In this document: positions 1 through 15,265 of the stretch, one piece after another
Numbering within the stretch: the stretch's first letter is position 1
Layout of the letters: every line of letters begins with the position of its first letter
NCBI GenBank assembly: GCA_964304625.1
Contig: OZ199840.1
Coordinates: 10,301,220 to 10,365,219, forward strand
From: Kudoa neothunni
Lineage: Eukaryota > Animalia > Cnidaria
Length of the DNA stretch: 64,000 nucleotides
Direction: 5' to 3'
Program-made: the position numbers and the translations under genes
Notes under the pieces: model-generated
Told to the model about the DNA's origin: nothing
Databases searched by the model: none
Seen by the model: the letters and a program-made list of their open reading frames with translations, nothing else

Positions 1-340
1 GGTGGCTAGGGCGTGTTCGATTTTGACATGGTCGTTGATTCAGACATTCGATTTGAATTTCCTCGCTTATTTCGTCTGAAATCTTTTTAGGTGACGCACA
101 TGGCGGAGTTTCACCCAGTCCTGTGTCATTTAAAGCCCTTTTAGCGCCATAATCAGCATTCTCTAGCTCAGTGTTAGTAGAATCCAAGTTGTAGGATGGA
201 AATAGTTCAACATCTTCCATTGATACTGATGGAATAATGGCGCAGCTATACTTTCGAATAAGTTGATTTTGATGCAGTTTAGCATAACCATGATCCGTTT
301 TAATTAAATAGATCATGTTGCCTAATTGTTTGACAACTTT

Positions 341-3300
341 TCAAGGCTTCCATAATTTATTAGGTCCAAATCTAAAATATATATTATCATTTTGATTAAA
401 CTTACTTGATTGAGTAGGATGTTTTCGTAAGGATGATGGAAAATTAGGCGTTCTAGTACCATGTAATTTTTCCGCAGGTGTATGCCCATCCATTGCTGGA
501 GTAAACCGATAGGTTCTAAGGAAGGTTGATAGAGCTTCCTGTAAGCTTTTACCATCAGCCATTAATTTCATCATAGTTTTCTTAAAACTTCTAACGAACC
601 GTTCAGCTTGGCCGTTGGAGGCTGGGTGATAAGGAGGTGAGGTTATATGATTAACACCGCTGGAATTCAGATATCGTTCCACTTTATTTGATAATAATTG
701 TGGACCATTGTCTGATACTAAGGTTTGTGGAAACCCTTCGATTGTAAATACTTGATGCAATATTTTGCAAGTTGTTTCAGCTGTCATATCATCACAACAG
801 CACACGTATGGATACTTAGAATAAGCATCTACGATGAAAAACCAGTAATGGCCTTTGAATGGTCCAGCATAATCAATATGGACTCTCTCCCATGGTGACG
901 CATCATCATGACTTTTGCAAATGTCACATTTTTTAACATACTCTTCTATGCCGTGTGTCATTTTTGGCCAGTAACAAGTACGTCGGGCGAGACTCTTCAT
1001 TTTTTCTATTCCCCAATGACCCTTGTGAAGTTGAGACAGATAATTCTGTCGTAATTGTTTGGGAATAACTGGTCTCATCGTAGGTGTGTCAATCAATAAG
1101 ATCCCATCCTTACATGGTAACGCATTCCGTACGTTGTAATAATTTCTCATTTCTTGATTCTTTTTTAAAGATTTAGGCCATCCGTCTACAATATATTTTC
1201 TCAATTGTTCGAACTCGGGGTCTTGTAGCCCCTTTTCTTGAATAAGTTCAAAGTTTATTGGAAACGTTGAGATCATGTTCACAAAACATATTGCTTGTTT
1301 GTCTTCCTCTTCTTCTTCCCGGTCGAATTTTTCATCGCCGCCGATTGGAAGTCGCGATAGAGCATCGGCATTCCCATGTCGTTTTGTACTACGGTACTCC
1401 AATGTATATTTGTAGTTCGATAGTAGGAGTGACCATCGTTGCAGACGTTGTGTCGTTGTAACACTTATCTTCCTTGAAGGACAGAATAAGGAAATGAGAG
1501 GTTGATGATCTGTTATTATAATGAACTTCTTGGCGTATAAGTATTGGTGGAATTTCTTTACTCCATAAATTATTGACGGCGCTTCTTTTTCAATTTGTGA
1601 ATATCTGCGTTGTGTAGCGTTCAGAGTCTTGGAAGCAGGTGCTATCGGAAATTCACTTCCATCATCCATTCTGTGAAGAATGACCGCTCCGACTCCAACA
1701 TTTGAAGCATCTGTTGCCAAGATAAGTACTTTATTTGGATCAAAATGTGTTAATGAAGTAGCATTCACAATGGCATTTTTGATTTTGTTGAAGGCATCAG
1801 CTTCTTTTCTTTCCCATTTGAAGACCTTACTTGCTCTACGAAGGCTGTTCAATGGTTCAGCAATGTTTGCCAAATTTGGGACAAATTTCCTATAGAACTC
1901 AGCCTTTCCGAGAAATGACATCAATTGTGATACATTGGTAGGCGCAGGTAGCAATTCTATTGCTTTTGTGTTTTCCCTCGAAGGACGGATTCCTTTTGAG
2001 TCGATTATATGACCCAAGTAAGTTACTTGTTTTTGGAATAATTGACATTTTTCTTGTCTACATGTAAAACCTTCTTGTGACAGCTTATGAAGTACACAGT
2101 TTAAGTTATTTGTGTGCTCTTCAAGATTCTTGCCGGTGACGATAATGTTATCCAGATAAGCTGCCGTTCCGGGCAAATCAGAAACCAGTTGTTCTATAAT
2201 TCTTTGGAATATAGCGGGAGCACTTGATATTCCGAATGGGGGCCGTTTGTACTGATATAACCCTTGAACCGTTGTGATGGTAGTGAGCTTTTGACTATCC
2301 TCATCTAACTCCAATTGAAAATATGCATCGGATAGATCAACTTTTGAAAACAGTTGGCCACCCTGTAATTTTAAATAGAGTTCCTCTGGTTTGGGAATTG
2401 GGTATTGCTCAGTTTTCAACACTTTGTTGATTGTTGCTTTAAAATCACCACATATTCTTATTCGTTTTGAATCTTTCCTAACAATTACAATTGGAGCGGT
2501 CCAGTCACTATGATGAACTTTTTTAATAACATCCAAAGATTCAAGACGGCTTAGTTCTTCTTTCACTGCATTAAAAAGTGCAAATGGAACTGGTCTCGTT
2601 TGCAGCCGTATTGGATGAGCACCTTGTTCAGCATGCAATTTCACCAAACTATAATGATAACATCCTAATTTTGGTGTAAACAAGTTTGGATGTTGTAGAA
2701 AAACTGAATTCTCTTCATTTGAGCTAATTTTGGATATGGGATGGGAGTGACCATTGATTTCCAAAGATATACCAAATTTTGAGAGCCAATCCATTCCAAG
2801 TAGATTTCCAGATGTCTCGCGATGAACCACAAAGACAGTTAGTTGGATTGCCTTATTGTTCATATCGACTAGAACTGAGCATTCTCCGTGAATTGATAAT
2901 CGTGTGCCTCCATAAGTTTTAAGTTGAACGTTGGTAGTTAAAATCGGGGGGTGCCCAATTTTCGCATAAGTTTGTTGATCAATTATTGTTTTGTCCGCAC
3001 CAGTATCCAATTGGAAAGTAACATCTCTCTTGTTAATTTGCAATTTAACAAACATACCATTGATTTTTGGAGTCACGATAACATTTTGAACATCAACCAT
3101 ATTGTTAACTTTATCGTCATTATATTTCGATTGTTGGTTCGATCTTGCTTTATTCTGGTTCTCAATCTTGAGACAAACATTTTCCGTGTGCCCCATACGA
3201 GTACAGTATGTGCAGTTATGCTTCCGGAATCTACAGTTTTCTCTGTTATGATTCACAAAACAATATTTGCATGAGCGAAGATTTTGACGCTTAGAAAATC

Positions 3301-3940
3301 TTCTCCCTTTGTTGTGTGAATAGTTGGGTTTTAGTTTATGTACATTGTTCACAACTTGATTGCCAATTGGAATCTCTTGTTTAATGGATGCGACTGCTTG
3401 TTTCGTGATCAGGTTGCGATCACCTATATTTATCACATCTTGAAGTGTGGGTTTCTTTTGGTCGATGCAGCTACCTTGTACTCTTGGGTGAGGTGTGTTT
3501 AGGATAATTAGATCCCGAATTATTCGAGAGCTGTAGGATTTCCTGCAGCTTTCGCAAGAGTAATTACATTTTCTAGCTAACGATTCTAATTCCGCGGCCC
3601 ATTGAGCATACGATTGGTTTGGCTTTATCTGGCAATTGGAAAATTTTACCAGAGCTGAGACTTCGTGGTCCTGAGCTGCTAAATAGTCTTGCAGCTTATC
3701 GATAATATCGTCGAAGGAGCAGGTAGATCTTTCGTCTTCTGCGAATAATTTCTCGTACAATTGGTACGACTCTGTTCCTATCCATGATGAAAGCAGAGGT
3801 TTGTATATGGACTCATTTTCGTGATTGTATGGCTGGAATGATGGAACGGTTGTTGGCGGTTGCCTGTCCGCAATTCCAGTGAGGTAGCTTAGAATTTGTT
3901 GCTGTTGCCCCAAGAGTTGCAATAACTGTTTGTTTTCCAT
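341..3940 (-). pseudogene. Ty3/Gypsy (Mag-like) gag-pol polyprotein, decayed
   Basis: Single ORF with two CCHC knuckles (CKYC..H..C, CTYC..H..C), protease LDTGA, RT (KVDLSDAY, YLDN instead of YLDD), RNase H (TDAS, DH, DALSR) and integrase (HHCC, IDYAG, SDNG, QAER). Real ATG is at 3938-3940; the track's TTG start overlaps the PBS. The frame continues past the TGA at 341-343 to the window edge. Confidence 0.93.
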
Positions 3941-3948
3941 GTCGTTTG

Positions 3949-3966
3949 ATCCTGCCCAGCACGCCA
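3949..3966 (-). promoter_or_regulatory. Primer-binding site (tRNA-Ser type) of the Gypsy element
   Basis: Minus strand reads ..TACAACA-ATT-TGGCGTGCTGGGCAGGAT: LTR end, 3-nt spacer, then an 18-nt TGG-initiated sequence resembling the complement of a tRNA-Ser 3' end (..AUCCUGCCnnnnACG-CCA). Confidence 0.8.
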
Positions 3967-3969
3967 AAT

Positions 3970-5528
3970 TGTTGTATTTTTTAAATTACGCTTGAATAAG
4001 ACACACACTTAAACGACACAACACCTCGTGATTATTGTTTTTATAAACAATTCATGTTATTTTCAATAAAGGATTACAAAAATCATTAATGAAAATCGAT
4101 CATTCACTTAGAAGTATAAATATAGTCAACTAGCGGGAATTTCCTAACGTTGCTTGGGGAAGATTTCGCCTAGATGCGTTTTTTAATAGCATTCGAAAAA
4201 AAATATTTAAATTTCGAATTAACCCCTATAAATAATATAATTAATAAGTTTTAAGCAATATACTTTAACGATTTGGATTATGAAATTTAAATTATGATCA
4301 TTTCTTTGAAGGAGTGTTTCAATCCCGGCGTTCATTTAAAAATTTCATGATTTGGCACCAACGCTAAATACGTTAAGGTTATCGTTGAATTTTTTTCATT
4401 CTCGAAATATTTAAATCCCGTTAAAGTGTCATCTAGATCGTTATTTTTTGGCCCGGAGAATTTTTAAAGTCGAATTCTGCCCGGCTCAGGAACTATATGC
4501 ACCACTAACTTTTTAAGAGAAAAAAAATAGAAAAAGTAACAGAGATCGAAGAAACCGTATGAAAATTAATTGATAGTGCTAAAATTAGCATCGCTTGGCC
4601 CGGCAAGAACTTAACGCATTTTTTCCCATAAACAATTTAAATAACTGGGTGAAATAAAAATACAACCATCTGCATTGAATTTAATCACGGAAAGTTAAAA
4701 TTAGCGGACGATTTCAATGAAATCTACGGATGCATTATTTCCATTATAATGCTTCAATCAATATGATTTTAACGTTCTCCGCCAAATAGTTATTTATTAA
4801 ACATATACAGATTTTTTATCATATCAAAAACGATTAATAGAACCTTCAAAATGTGTTTATCAATTCAAATACGTTAAAACTCCACAAATTGGAAGTGAAT
4901 GTGCACAAACACCAAAATATACACGCCAATATTATATAAAAGTCTGATAACATCAGTTAATCAATATTTGATAGAACATATAATGGGAAAAATTAACTTC
5001 AACCAACCGTCAGCAGGTCATAAGCTGGTGTTAATCCTATTTTTGAACGCAAATAATCTGACAAACAAACTTTGAATCGACAAAATCACCATTTTCTAAA
5101 CACTTTGGAGGACGTTTGGAAGTATGAAAATGATTGAAAGATTTTTTGGGACATCATGATAGTAGATAGATATGATATGAATAATTTCGCTTACCTAAGG
5201 ACCTCAATGTTTATCCTGGAGAAGTTAATGTTCTCCTTGGCGCCAAATAATGTAATTCTCCTGATAATCCACTAATAAATCCCTTTAATCCAATTCGCCG
5301 CCCGCATAAAACCATAAAATGGGCTATATCTCAGTTAATAATAATGCAGATGTGTATTAAGTTGATTAAATTCCCAGAAAACAGCGGTTAGATCCTGTTT
5401 GGTTGGTCAAAAGTTTCAGCATATATTTCTGTAAGGAAATAGATTTTTCCGCTCATGCGTACTTCCCGTGTTACACACACGGACACAACAACTTTATATA
5501 TATATATATAGATAGATATATGATAACA
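3970..5528 (-). repeat. Putative 5' LTR (~175 bp: 3970-4129 + 5513-5528), split by a Helitron insertion
   Basis: TGTTGTA at 3970 abuts the PBS. A matching ..AACA end appears 16 bp beyond the Helitron. The partner LTR is off-window, so the outer boundary is unverified. Confidence 0.45.
4130..5512 (-). mobile_element. Non-autonomous Helitron
   Basis: Minus strand: A|TCTATATATATA.. 5' end at 5512; decayed hairpin CCCCAAGCAACGTTAGG then CTAG|T 3' end at 4130. Inserted between A and T with no TSD. Confidence 0.6.
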
Positions 5529-8362
5529 CAGTCCGAAGTAAGGAATTTTCTGGTTGTCTTCACAAATAGCAGATTAAAAAACACCTGCATAATATTGATA
5601 TTTGTTTACTTCTGATTGATAGCCAAATAAAATGAACTTTTACTCACTATATAGAAAAAGAGTCTCTTAATTATGGTATAGAATGTTCTAAAAATTTTAC
5701 ATATGCCTGTTCGGAGTACTTTTGAGATAAATAAAACTATTAAAGTCACGTTACAAGAGTTTTCGCATTTCCATTAAAATTTAAAGCATAAACAAGTTAT
5801 TTGGTATGTATTTTCTCTTTTCAAACGTTATGGATATAGTTAAGAAAAATAGGTCATGATTGTTTTAAATAAATCACATAATTTGAGTCTCTCTGTGTAT
5901 CTTAATTATTCCTTACCCCAGATCTTGAGGTTAATATTCAAATCAATATACTGTTTTCTCTAGGCTCGCATTAATTCATTATGATATAAAAGCTGCAGAA
6001 AAATAAAGTCCCTTCTCAATGCGTACCATGTAAGTTAATAAGAAATTATTGGTCTATTCGATCTAACCGATATTTTCACAAAGTTTTCGTTAATCTAAGA
6101 ATAGTTCAGTACGAATAAATTTTTTTAGAGCAGTCAAACAGTACCTAAATTTTTAAAAGGGTACATTCCTTCAAGAAAATCAGTTGATATTTAAATATTT
6201 TAGCATTACTGTAATTTTTCAAACCAAAAACACCTTTACATTTTTGATTTAATCTTGTTTTGTTAATTAAATGTGTATATTTTTGAACCAGTAAGTATTC
6301 TTAATAAAAAGCAAAGTTGGATTTATTTATAAATAAGGAAATTTTGTTACAATAATGAATACGTAAGTTACGACTCACAACTTTTCAAAACATCATTGGC
6401 ATCATTATAAAATTTCGATAAAAGGAGTAACAATTACTATTTATATTTTGTAAGCATCTTAAGTTGATTTTATTTTTTCTATCGTTTGTAGATTAATAAT
6501 AAATTTTATAATTAGAAGGATTAATTTTTATCGCAAAATTTTGAAAAGAATTGAAAGTCCTATTTAAGTTATTTAATGATTTTGTTTCATAAGTAACTGA
6601 ACTTAAATCGCTATTTACATTTCTCTTAAAATTAAGGTCATCGTAGTTTTGGCCAATAATTTATAAAATAAACTTAAAATTACTCATTAATTTCCCTCAA
6701 TACCTCTATTTATATATGAATGGAAAGTGTGCACACAATTTCGTTTATCTAAATCATCACATTGCAAGAATAATGACAAACTTTAAAATGCATAAATTAA
6801 AATAGAAAAATAAAATTTATAGGGTTTAAAGTGCTGATTAGATTAACTCTTCCGTAAAATTTCTCCATTCAAAAATAAAATTAAAAGTTAAAATGTTCCA
6901 TCACACTGTACCAGGCAAAACTGGGCATTAGTGCTATTTACTTAAATATCAAAAAGAATTTAATCTGCTCCAGGTGTTAACCTACTTGGCTGGGCAAGGA
7001 AGCCTTCGCGAAGCGGGGCTTTTGCGCTATTAAATAAATAAAAACTTAATTGATTAATGAACTCTCCCATAATTTAGTTTAACAACATGAAAAAATATAT
7101 TTATAAAATGAACTTTCATTAGAAAATATAGATTATAAAAGTGTTCAATTAAAAGTTACATGAATAATGGAATATATGAGATTTTTTAATTCAATTAAAA
7201 TTTCTTTTACGAATCTTCCGTTATGTTTCGGGGTTTTTATTTATTGTATACTTTGAATAATCAATAGAGATTAAGAAAACATAACGTAAAGAATAAACAT
7301 CACGAACAAATATTTTATTGTTGTATACTATAATATCTATTTAAATAGATAAATAAATGATAATTATAAAGTATGTGACACCTGAAAAACATCCCGTTGG
7401 GCATAGGCCTTTAAAAAATCGAGGATAAATTTCGAAGCTCGAGGGTGATTATGTGTTGAAGTGAAGATTATTAAGGATTGGGATTTCATGATTCCAACGT
7501 TTTGTGGTTGTTAGTAGTTTTTACAAAAATTTTGTTAGATAATTCATCTCAGTAAGTTAATTATATTAGTTTAAGACGCTTGAAACATTCAACCACACGA
7601 AAATATTGAAGTGAATTATAAAATATGACGTAATATTTCACTTTATATTCGAAAACTAAATAATAAATGTTTATTTTTAGGTTTTACACCATTTTTATAT
7701 TGTTAAGATAAATAATAAAAAAATTCTTTTAACGTATTAACTTTTACAACTAATTTAACTTAAAATGCTTAAAAATTGTATATTCGGATTTTTCACGATT
7801 TTCCTACTTTACAGTTAATTTTAATTAAAAATTATTATTGAATATTTTCGTTTTTAAATATTTAATGTATATAAATAAAAAAATAACTTAATGAAATACA
7901 TTAAAAATTTCCATGTTTGAATTTTCGAACACATATTGTTATAAAATTTGTTTAATCATTAATAAACTACCCTAGAAAATTTAATAACTAAAACCCACAT
8001 TGAGGAATACCATCGTTTAATTGAAACAACTTCGTTCCAATTTTGAATAGAATAAATCTGAAAGTTCCATTTTTAAAATACGAAGTCAATATTGAACATT
8101 TACATACCTATTACTAACAGATACAAATAAAAAAATCTGTGAACAATTAGCGATTTCGCATTTGTTAAAATTATAGAGAAATAATAATTTTTTCGATGTA
8201 TTTATCAACAACATTGAGATTCCACGTGAATCCGAATGTGCTCGACTTAAGATTTATTTCCTGTTTGTAGGTTAATTATTTTTGATCTGAATTTAACAAA
8301 ATAATATAAATTTTTGAAATAAGCACAAAAATGAAAAAACTTTTGAGAAAGAAGTGAACTAA

Positions 8363-10752
8363 CCCTTTCGTGCCCAAATTCTTATTTAGAGCTCAAACAA
8401 TTACGTTTAATAAGATTGACTCTTTTATCTTACCTGTGAAAATTTTCTACATTTTCCATCATGGGTTCTAGAGTACCCGCTGGGGCGCGTGCGCAAACAA
8501 AATTTAAACCAGCGGTTCCCAACTGGTGGTGCCCGCACCTTAGGGGGTGCGAACTTTGGTTTCAGGTGGTGCGAGATCTGATCAAAATTGAAAATAATTT
8601 TTGATAAACTTTAAGTCAGTTACACCTTGTCGTATGCAAAGGAGTGCGAATTTCGGTTTGTCAAAAAATGGGGGTGCGAGTCCAGTTTTAGTTGGGAAGC
8701 GCTGATTTAAACGATAATCGTAACCCAAAATAGATTGTTACGGAGTTATATAGTTTTATTTATTATGAAAAGAATAGGAACAATTCCTTTCTTTTACAAT
8801 TTCGACATCTGCTTTGTTGTCTATCATTTCGGGGTTATGATCGACATTGTCAGATGTGATCGATTCAGATAAGGTGTTAATTCTATTCTGAGTAGAATAA
8901 CTAACGAACTCTGTGTTCGTTGATATGTCATGGGAAGGTCGTCCACGCTTTGTTGCTACATTTGATTTTTTATGGTGAATTAAATGTTCATGGATTGACT
9001 GTGTAAAAGACAACAGATCCATTAATTCATCATAGGGAATTTTCCTGATTTTGGAATTGCGGCGATACAACAACCAAAAGAATATTTTCATATAAAATTT
9101 ACGACACTTGACGTGTGGTTTAGTTTATATAACGCCATCAACGTGTCTGATAGCGTTATATTCCACCCATATTTGTGTTGTACTTCGACACAACATTAGA
9201 GCATTCAATGGTGATCATTCTTTTTGTACGCCGATCAAATCCCTTTATTGTTCCATCCGGTTCTGAAGAGGAATGTGTGGAAGAAAATGTAACTACAGAG
9301 TCATCACATCATTGGGTTACCACTATTCCGTTTGTTTTATCCTGGAAACTTCCGTGTGAGCTACGACTTTTTTGGCTGATTTGATTTGAAGGTGTTAATG
9401 GACAATTTTTAATTCGATTTCTTCTTATGGTCACGACAGAGTTGATACTGCGCTTTTTTTAAATTTTTTGCAAGGGAATTGAAGTGAAAAAATTAACGAA
9501 GTACACGAAGAATGTTTTATGGCTTGGAAGAGTCCCGCATAATTTGACCACAAAATCACCAGAAACTTGACCACATGAATTATCAACTTCTGGGGCTTTT
9601 CCATCATACACCATACCACAATTTCCTCCGCATCGTACAAATACTTTAAACTCCCATTTAGTTGGTTTCTTGGGAAGGTATTGTTCAGCTTTACATTTAC
9701 ATTTGAAAAGTATCATTTGCTCATCAACTGAATGATAACCTTCAGGTTTAACTTTCAAAAACGCAGACCGTAGATATTCCAAGGTGGGTCGGATTTTAGC
9801 GAATCGATCATAATTGGGTGATGCTTGATCATTTGTTACTCTCTCATTATTGTTAAAATGAAGTGATCTTGAGATTTTATAAAAACAATTTCTTGAAAAG
9901 ACGTTCGAAACATGCGGGTAATCAAATGATCTACTCCAATAGCAGCGGTAAAGCGGTATTCTTACAATTCCCATCAAGATGATTATGCCAAGAAACTTTT
10001 GAATTTCATCCATACCTGTTAGAAAATTTATACCGCATCTAACTACATATACATTAGTTTCTTTTGCAATCATTTCGATCAATGCTTCGCTTAAAGAGAA
10101 TTTGAAATAATCGATTGGAGAGAACAACTTCTCCACATCTTCAAATTCATCAACCGTAATGACATCACATGGAACAGAGGGTCAGGGAACCTCACGTGTC
10201 CATTTAATGATTGAGTTATCAGCATCACACTCAAAATCATGTGATGATGAAACACAGAAATCACCATCGTTTAAGTTTGTTGAACACCCAACCTCATCAT
10301 CAGAAACCGTATCAGAATCTGGTAAATCAGCAACTGGAAGAACGATCATTTCGGTTTAAAAAAATCAGCCTACGTGACCAAAGGTCATCATGGGGAACAC
10401 GTATATTTTTTTATATTTTTATTCGATGCGTTATGAAATTATAATGTAATGGTTGAAAAATAAAGATTTACGTTGTTATATAAATTTAATTTTTGCTATA
10501 TTTCGATATGTCTAATAATGATAGTGTGTAATAAGTCAACAAATAATATGACTTTGCCAATCATTATTTTAGAAAAGTAAGCTGTAATATAAATATAATG
10601 CTTTTCCATGAAATTATGTTTTATCTTTTTTAAGGTAGAAGAAATCCCAAAATTTTAGGAATCATAATAAACCGTTGTAAACTCTCTATAATTAAGAAGC
10701 CATGAACAAAATAATCAACTGTTCCCTAGGATGACCCTTGGGCACGAAAGGG
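8363..10752 (-). mobile_element. piggyBac transposon, full-length, defective transposase (~8756-10440)
   Basis: Perfect 15-bp TIRs CCCTTTCGTGCCCAA (8363-8377 / 10738-10752) flanked by CTAA/TTAA. Frameshifted transposase with SVDEQM, KKPTKW, and YFVNFF in place of DNFF. Confidence 0.92.
8510..8704. mobile_element. hAT MITE (195 bp) nested in the piggyBac
   Basis: TIRs CAGCGGTTCCCAACT / AGTTGGGAAGCGCTG (14/15) and a perfect 8-bp TSD ATTTAAAC (8502-8509, 8705-8712). Confidence 0.92.
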
Positions 10753-10989
10753 TTAATAGAACGAATTGTGGGAAGCGACTTTATTTCCGATTTCGTATGC
10801 AACACCACCCCAAGTCCGTACACAGATACTGTAGTACTGTAGTTTAGCTGAATTTTTTTTTAAAGAAATAAAATAGTTTATTCCAAAAAATAATGCACCG
10901 TTGAATTTTGATAAGAAAATTTCTTCCGTCATTGATTACAAAAATCCACTATGAACGAATCACACAATCTTGTTAATACATTGATTTAA

Positions 10990-11542
10990 CCCTTTCGAAC
11001 CAGAAGATAATCTCTATACCTTCGATTTTTTGAAGGCCTACTGACTATTGGCACGAATGTTTTTAATCCAATATGGTAACTACGCACATACAATGCTCAT
11101 TTTGAATCACAATTACTCCAAATTGTAATTGATCTATAAGTTTATTTTTTAGAATTTGTTGTATTGAATTATTTTTCGCCTTAGGAGCGGCATCAATGGG
11201 CAAAAATAATAAAATACAGTCAAAACTATACTTACCTGAATATTATGATCGTGTCAATGCTACTTTCTTGTTTACATTTATCAATAAATCACCTTGAATA
11301 TAAAAAAAATTATTTATTTATACCAACTTGTGGCATTTGAATCTTACAGCGATTTGAAACAGTTTCACTAAAGTGGTGCAAAATTAACACATGTTTTCTC
11401 GTCATAGATTAGCACCCTCACAAAAATTACTTATGGACACTAAACTGACCAGCATATTTTATAGTTGAATGAGTATACTGAAGAACCTGATTAAAACATT
11501 CTTGATGTATACAGGTGAAATCTTCAATAACTCAATAACGGG
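10990..11542. mobile_element. Possible degenerate piggyBac-type MITE
   Basis: TTAA-CCC ... GGG-TTAA ends. The left 70 bp resembles the reverse complement of 7385-7445. TIR match is weak. Confidence 0.3.
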
Positions 11543-11717
11543 TTAAGAGTGACAATAAATCTAACCATAAAAAGATGTTTCCGACATTTAAACTAACAAT
11601 CGACGTAGCCAAGTCGAAATAATAATAAAAATTTATTCTAATCATGTTTTTGCCAATTAAAAGAATAACCAAATACACCCACACAAATAAACAAACACTA
11701 TCAGAAAATAAATTAAA

Positions 11718-12746
<1,029 letters not shown>

Positions 12747-13877
12747 GATGTGTGGGAAAAATCTTTTGTTTTTAACGGAAGTGTACGTGCTTGTTCGATC
12801 ACCAGATTACGCACTCATCTCGCAAATAGCACATCCCATGATTTTTATTGTATTTTAAATGTTAAAGTTAGAACGGCGAAATAAACAATATTGGATAAAA
12901 TTTAATCTACCATAAACTAGTTATTCGTTATTATTCTTTCGAACGATTAACAATATTTTATCTCTATTAGGGATAACACACATGTGGCAAACATTTTTCA
13001 GTCTAACAAAGGTCGGAAATTTTCAATTTTTTTTTCAAATAATGTATAATTATTTTTCAACAAAAGTAGAGAAAAGTTATAAATATGGTGTATTATTGGG
13101 GTATAAATGAATTAATAGTCATAAAATGTTGATGAATTAGTTAAAGTATTAAAATAAATTAAAAATCCTAATATTTACCTATTTATTTACCTATAATTCA
13201 CATATTTCAAAATTTTGATATTTACTTTTTACACAACTAGCTCAACCAAACCTATTTAGATTAACCTGCTAATATAATATACTAATATTTACAGGTTGAG
13301 ATAAATAGTTGTAATTTTTCAATAAAAATATGTATGTAAGGTTGGTTATTATAATAAAAAGTTGTAATTCTAAATTTTGTATAAGTCGGTTTGACTTTAC
13401 AGGTTAGCCTTAAACATTATAATTGTTAAGTTTCATATAATCAACGCTGCTATCACCTAAAAAATATTTAATAAACGGATTAATTATTATTTTACAACAG
13501 GCTAGAGGTCGAATTACTTGGTTTTTTATTTTACTTTAAATGAAATCCAATTTAAACATTATTTTGGGTGGGAGTTTTTTAAACTGAATTTTGAATGAGG
13601 ATTTAAATAAAATTTGACCGAAAATATTTCAGTTACCTGCAGAAATATCTATTATTTGTTGAAATTACCTAAAAGTGATAGTTTAATGGATATAATCATA
13701 AATTTTTACGTCTAAGAATAAAAAATCATTACTTATTGAATTGGTGCGAAGATATAAAATCATTATATAATATTGACTCAAAGTGAATATTTCTAGATGA
13801 TATGAGTGTATCAATCTTTTAGAAATATTTTAATATAGAAGAAATTTAAGTTTATAATTTCCACATACATAATTTAA

Positions 13878-14713
13878 CCTTCTTATGAATTTGAGGTCTT
13901 TTGGACCCCAGGCTTTTATTTTACAATAGTTAATAAAAAAATATTTCAAAATGCCACACAAATATTAAGAAATTTCTACCGACTGAATTTTGAGAAAAAG
14001 ATGATTCATTTGGAAAGTTAATCCCCCTGAAGTCAATACGGCAGGCTAATATACACACTTCGTACAAGCTCGTTGAACGAAAAAATCAAGCGTGATAGAT
14101 GTTGCATGTGTAGAATGCAAATTCTTAGGCCTTTAGTCAGTTTTGGATGTTTAAAATTAAACAGAATAATATTTATTATGTTTCCACTAACTATTACTTG
14201 TTAACAATCAAAGGATCAGGATGTAACTAAAACACCCGATTCATATTATACCTAAGAAATCGAAATAATGGAGTCAACCTTTAAGAAAGCACTCTGAAAA
14301 TGTTTACTTACCAAAATGATAATTAATAAACATTTGATTCATTAGTTGTGAGGATATTTGGGCGATTTCATTATTCGAGTAAGTATAACCAATGTTCAAA
14401 ATACAAATCTATTCGCTTCGATATTTAAAAATTTGTTTTTTTTTGTATTTATTTCTCTTTCTATTGTATGAAAGATCGTTGATTTATTTAAACGAAAATT
14501 TACGAAACGTTATATAAGCCTACCGAATAAGATTTTGCAGGATTAACTGACTCAATGGATCACATTTTTCTCAAAATTCTGTGAATGGAAATTTCTTAAA
14601 GTTCGTATGGAATTTTGAAATATTTTTTTATTAACTATCGTAAAATTAAAACCTGGAGTCCAAAAAACCCCAAGTTCGTTGGAGTGTAATCGTTTTTGTG
14701 TATATTTAGAGAG
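13878..14713. mobile_element. piggyBac-type MITE with ~140-bp subterminal inverted repeats
   Basis: TTAA on both sides (13874-13877, 14714-14717). 13885-14025 is an imperfect inverted repeat of 14541-14680, with a longer spacer at the right end. Confidence 0.8.
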
Positions 14714-15265
14714 TTAAAATTGCTATATAAACAAGAACTTGTACATGCGCTCAAAAATCGAAGACTTACTTTTTAGGTCAAATTTACACATGCCAAATGA
14801 ATATTTTATGAATATTATGATTCTTGGATAAATTTCAAAAACTTAACTATGCAAAAAATCAATGAATTAATAAATTAATTCTATTATTTTCAATTTAAAT
14901 TAATAAATAATCATTATCAAATATATAAAAACAAATGAAATATTATCTATGAAGTTTTTTAATCATTAAAAAATAAAGATAAACAAAAATTCAATGTACT
15001 ATTTGATTTAGTAAAAATATGAATTAAAAACTATGCCATTTTTGCGATCCAACCCTAATTTAATTTAGTTACAAGGATAATAATGAAATCCTAAATATAT
15101 TTTCAAGAATATTATACGAAGTACTTTTAAAATGTAGATGCCAAATAATTATTGGTTTCTTATTTAATTAGAGGTAACCAATTGAACTATTTTTTTAATT
15201 TTCAGATTTAAATTATTTTATATTCAGATTAATTTATTGTTAATTAGAATTTTTAATTTGTATAA

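Noticed and set aside
1100-2250. Repeated T-to-C (to Pro) changes in Gypsy pol as an editing signature
   Set aside because: Only about three sites by eye, mixed with G-to-A and G-to-T changes; ordinary decay suffices.
1258-3274. Short ORFs overlapping pol
   Set aside because: Antisense or alternate-frame shadows with no motifs.
6905-7032. Two GC hairpins followed by GCTATT, like Helitron 3' ends
   Set aside because: No CTAG and no 5' end located.
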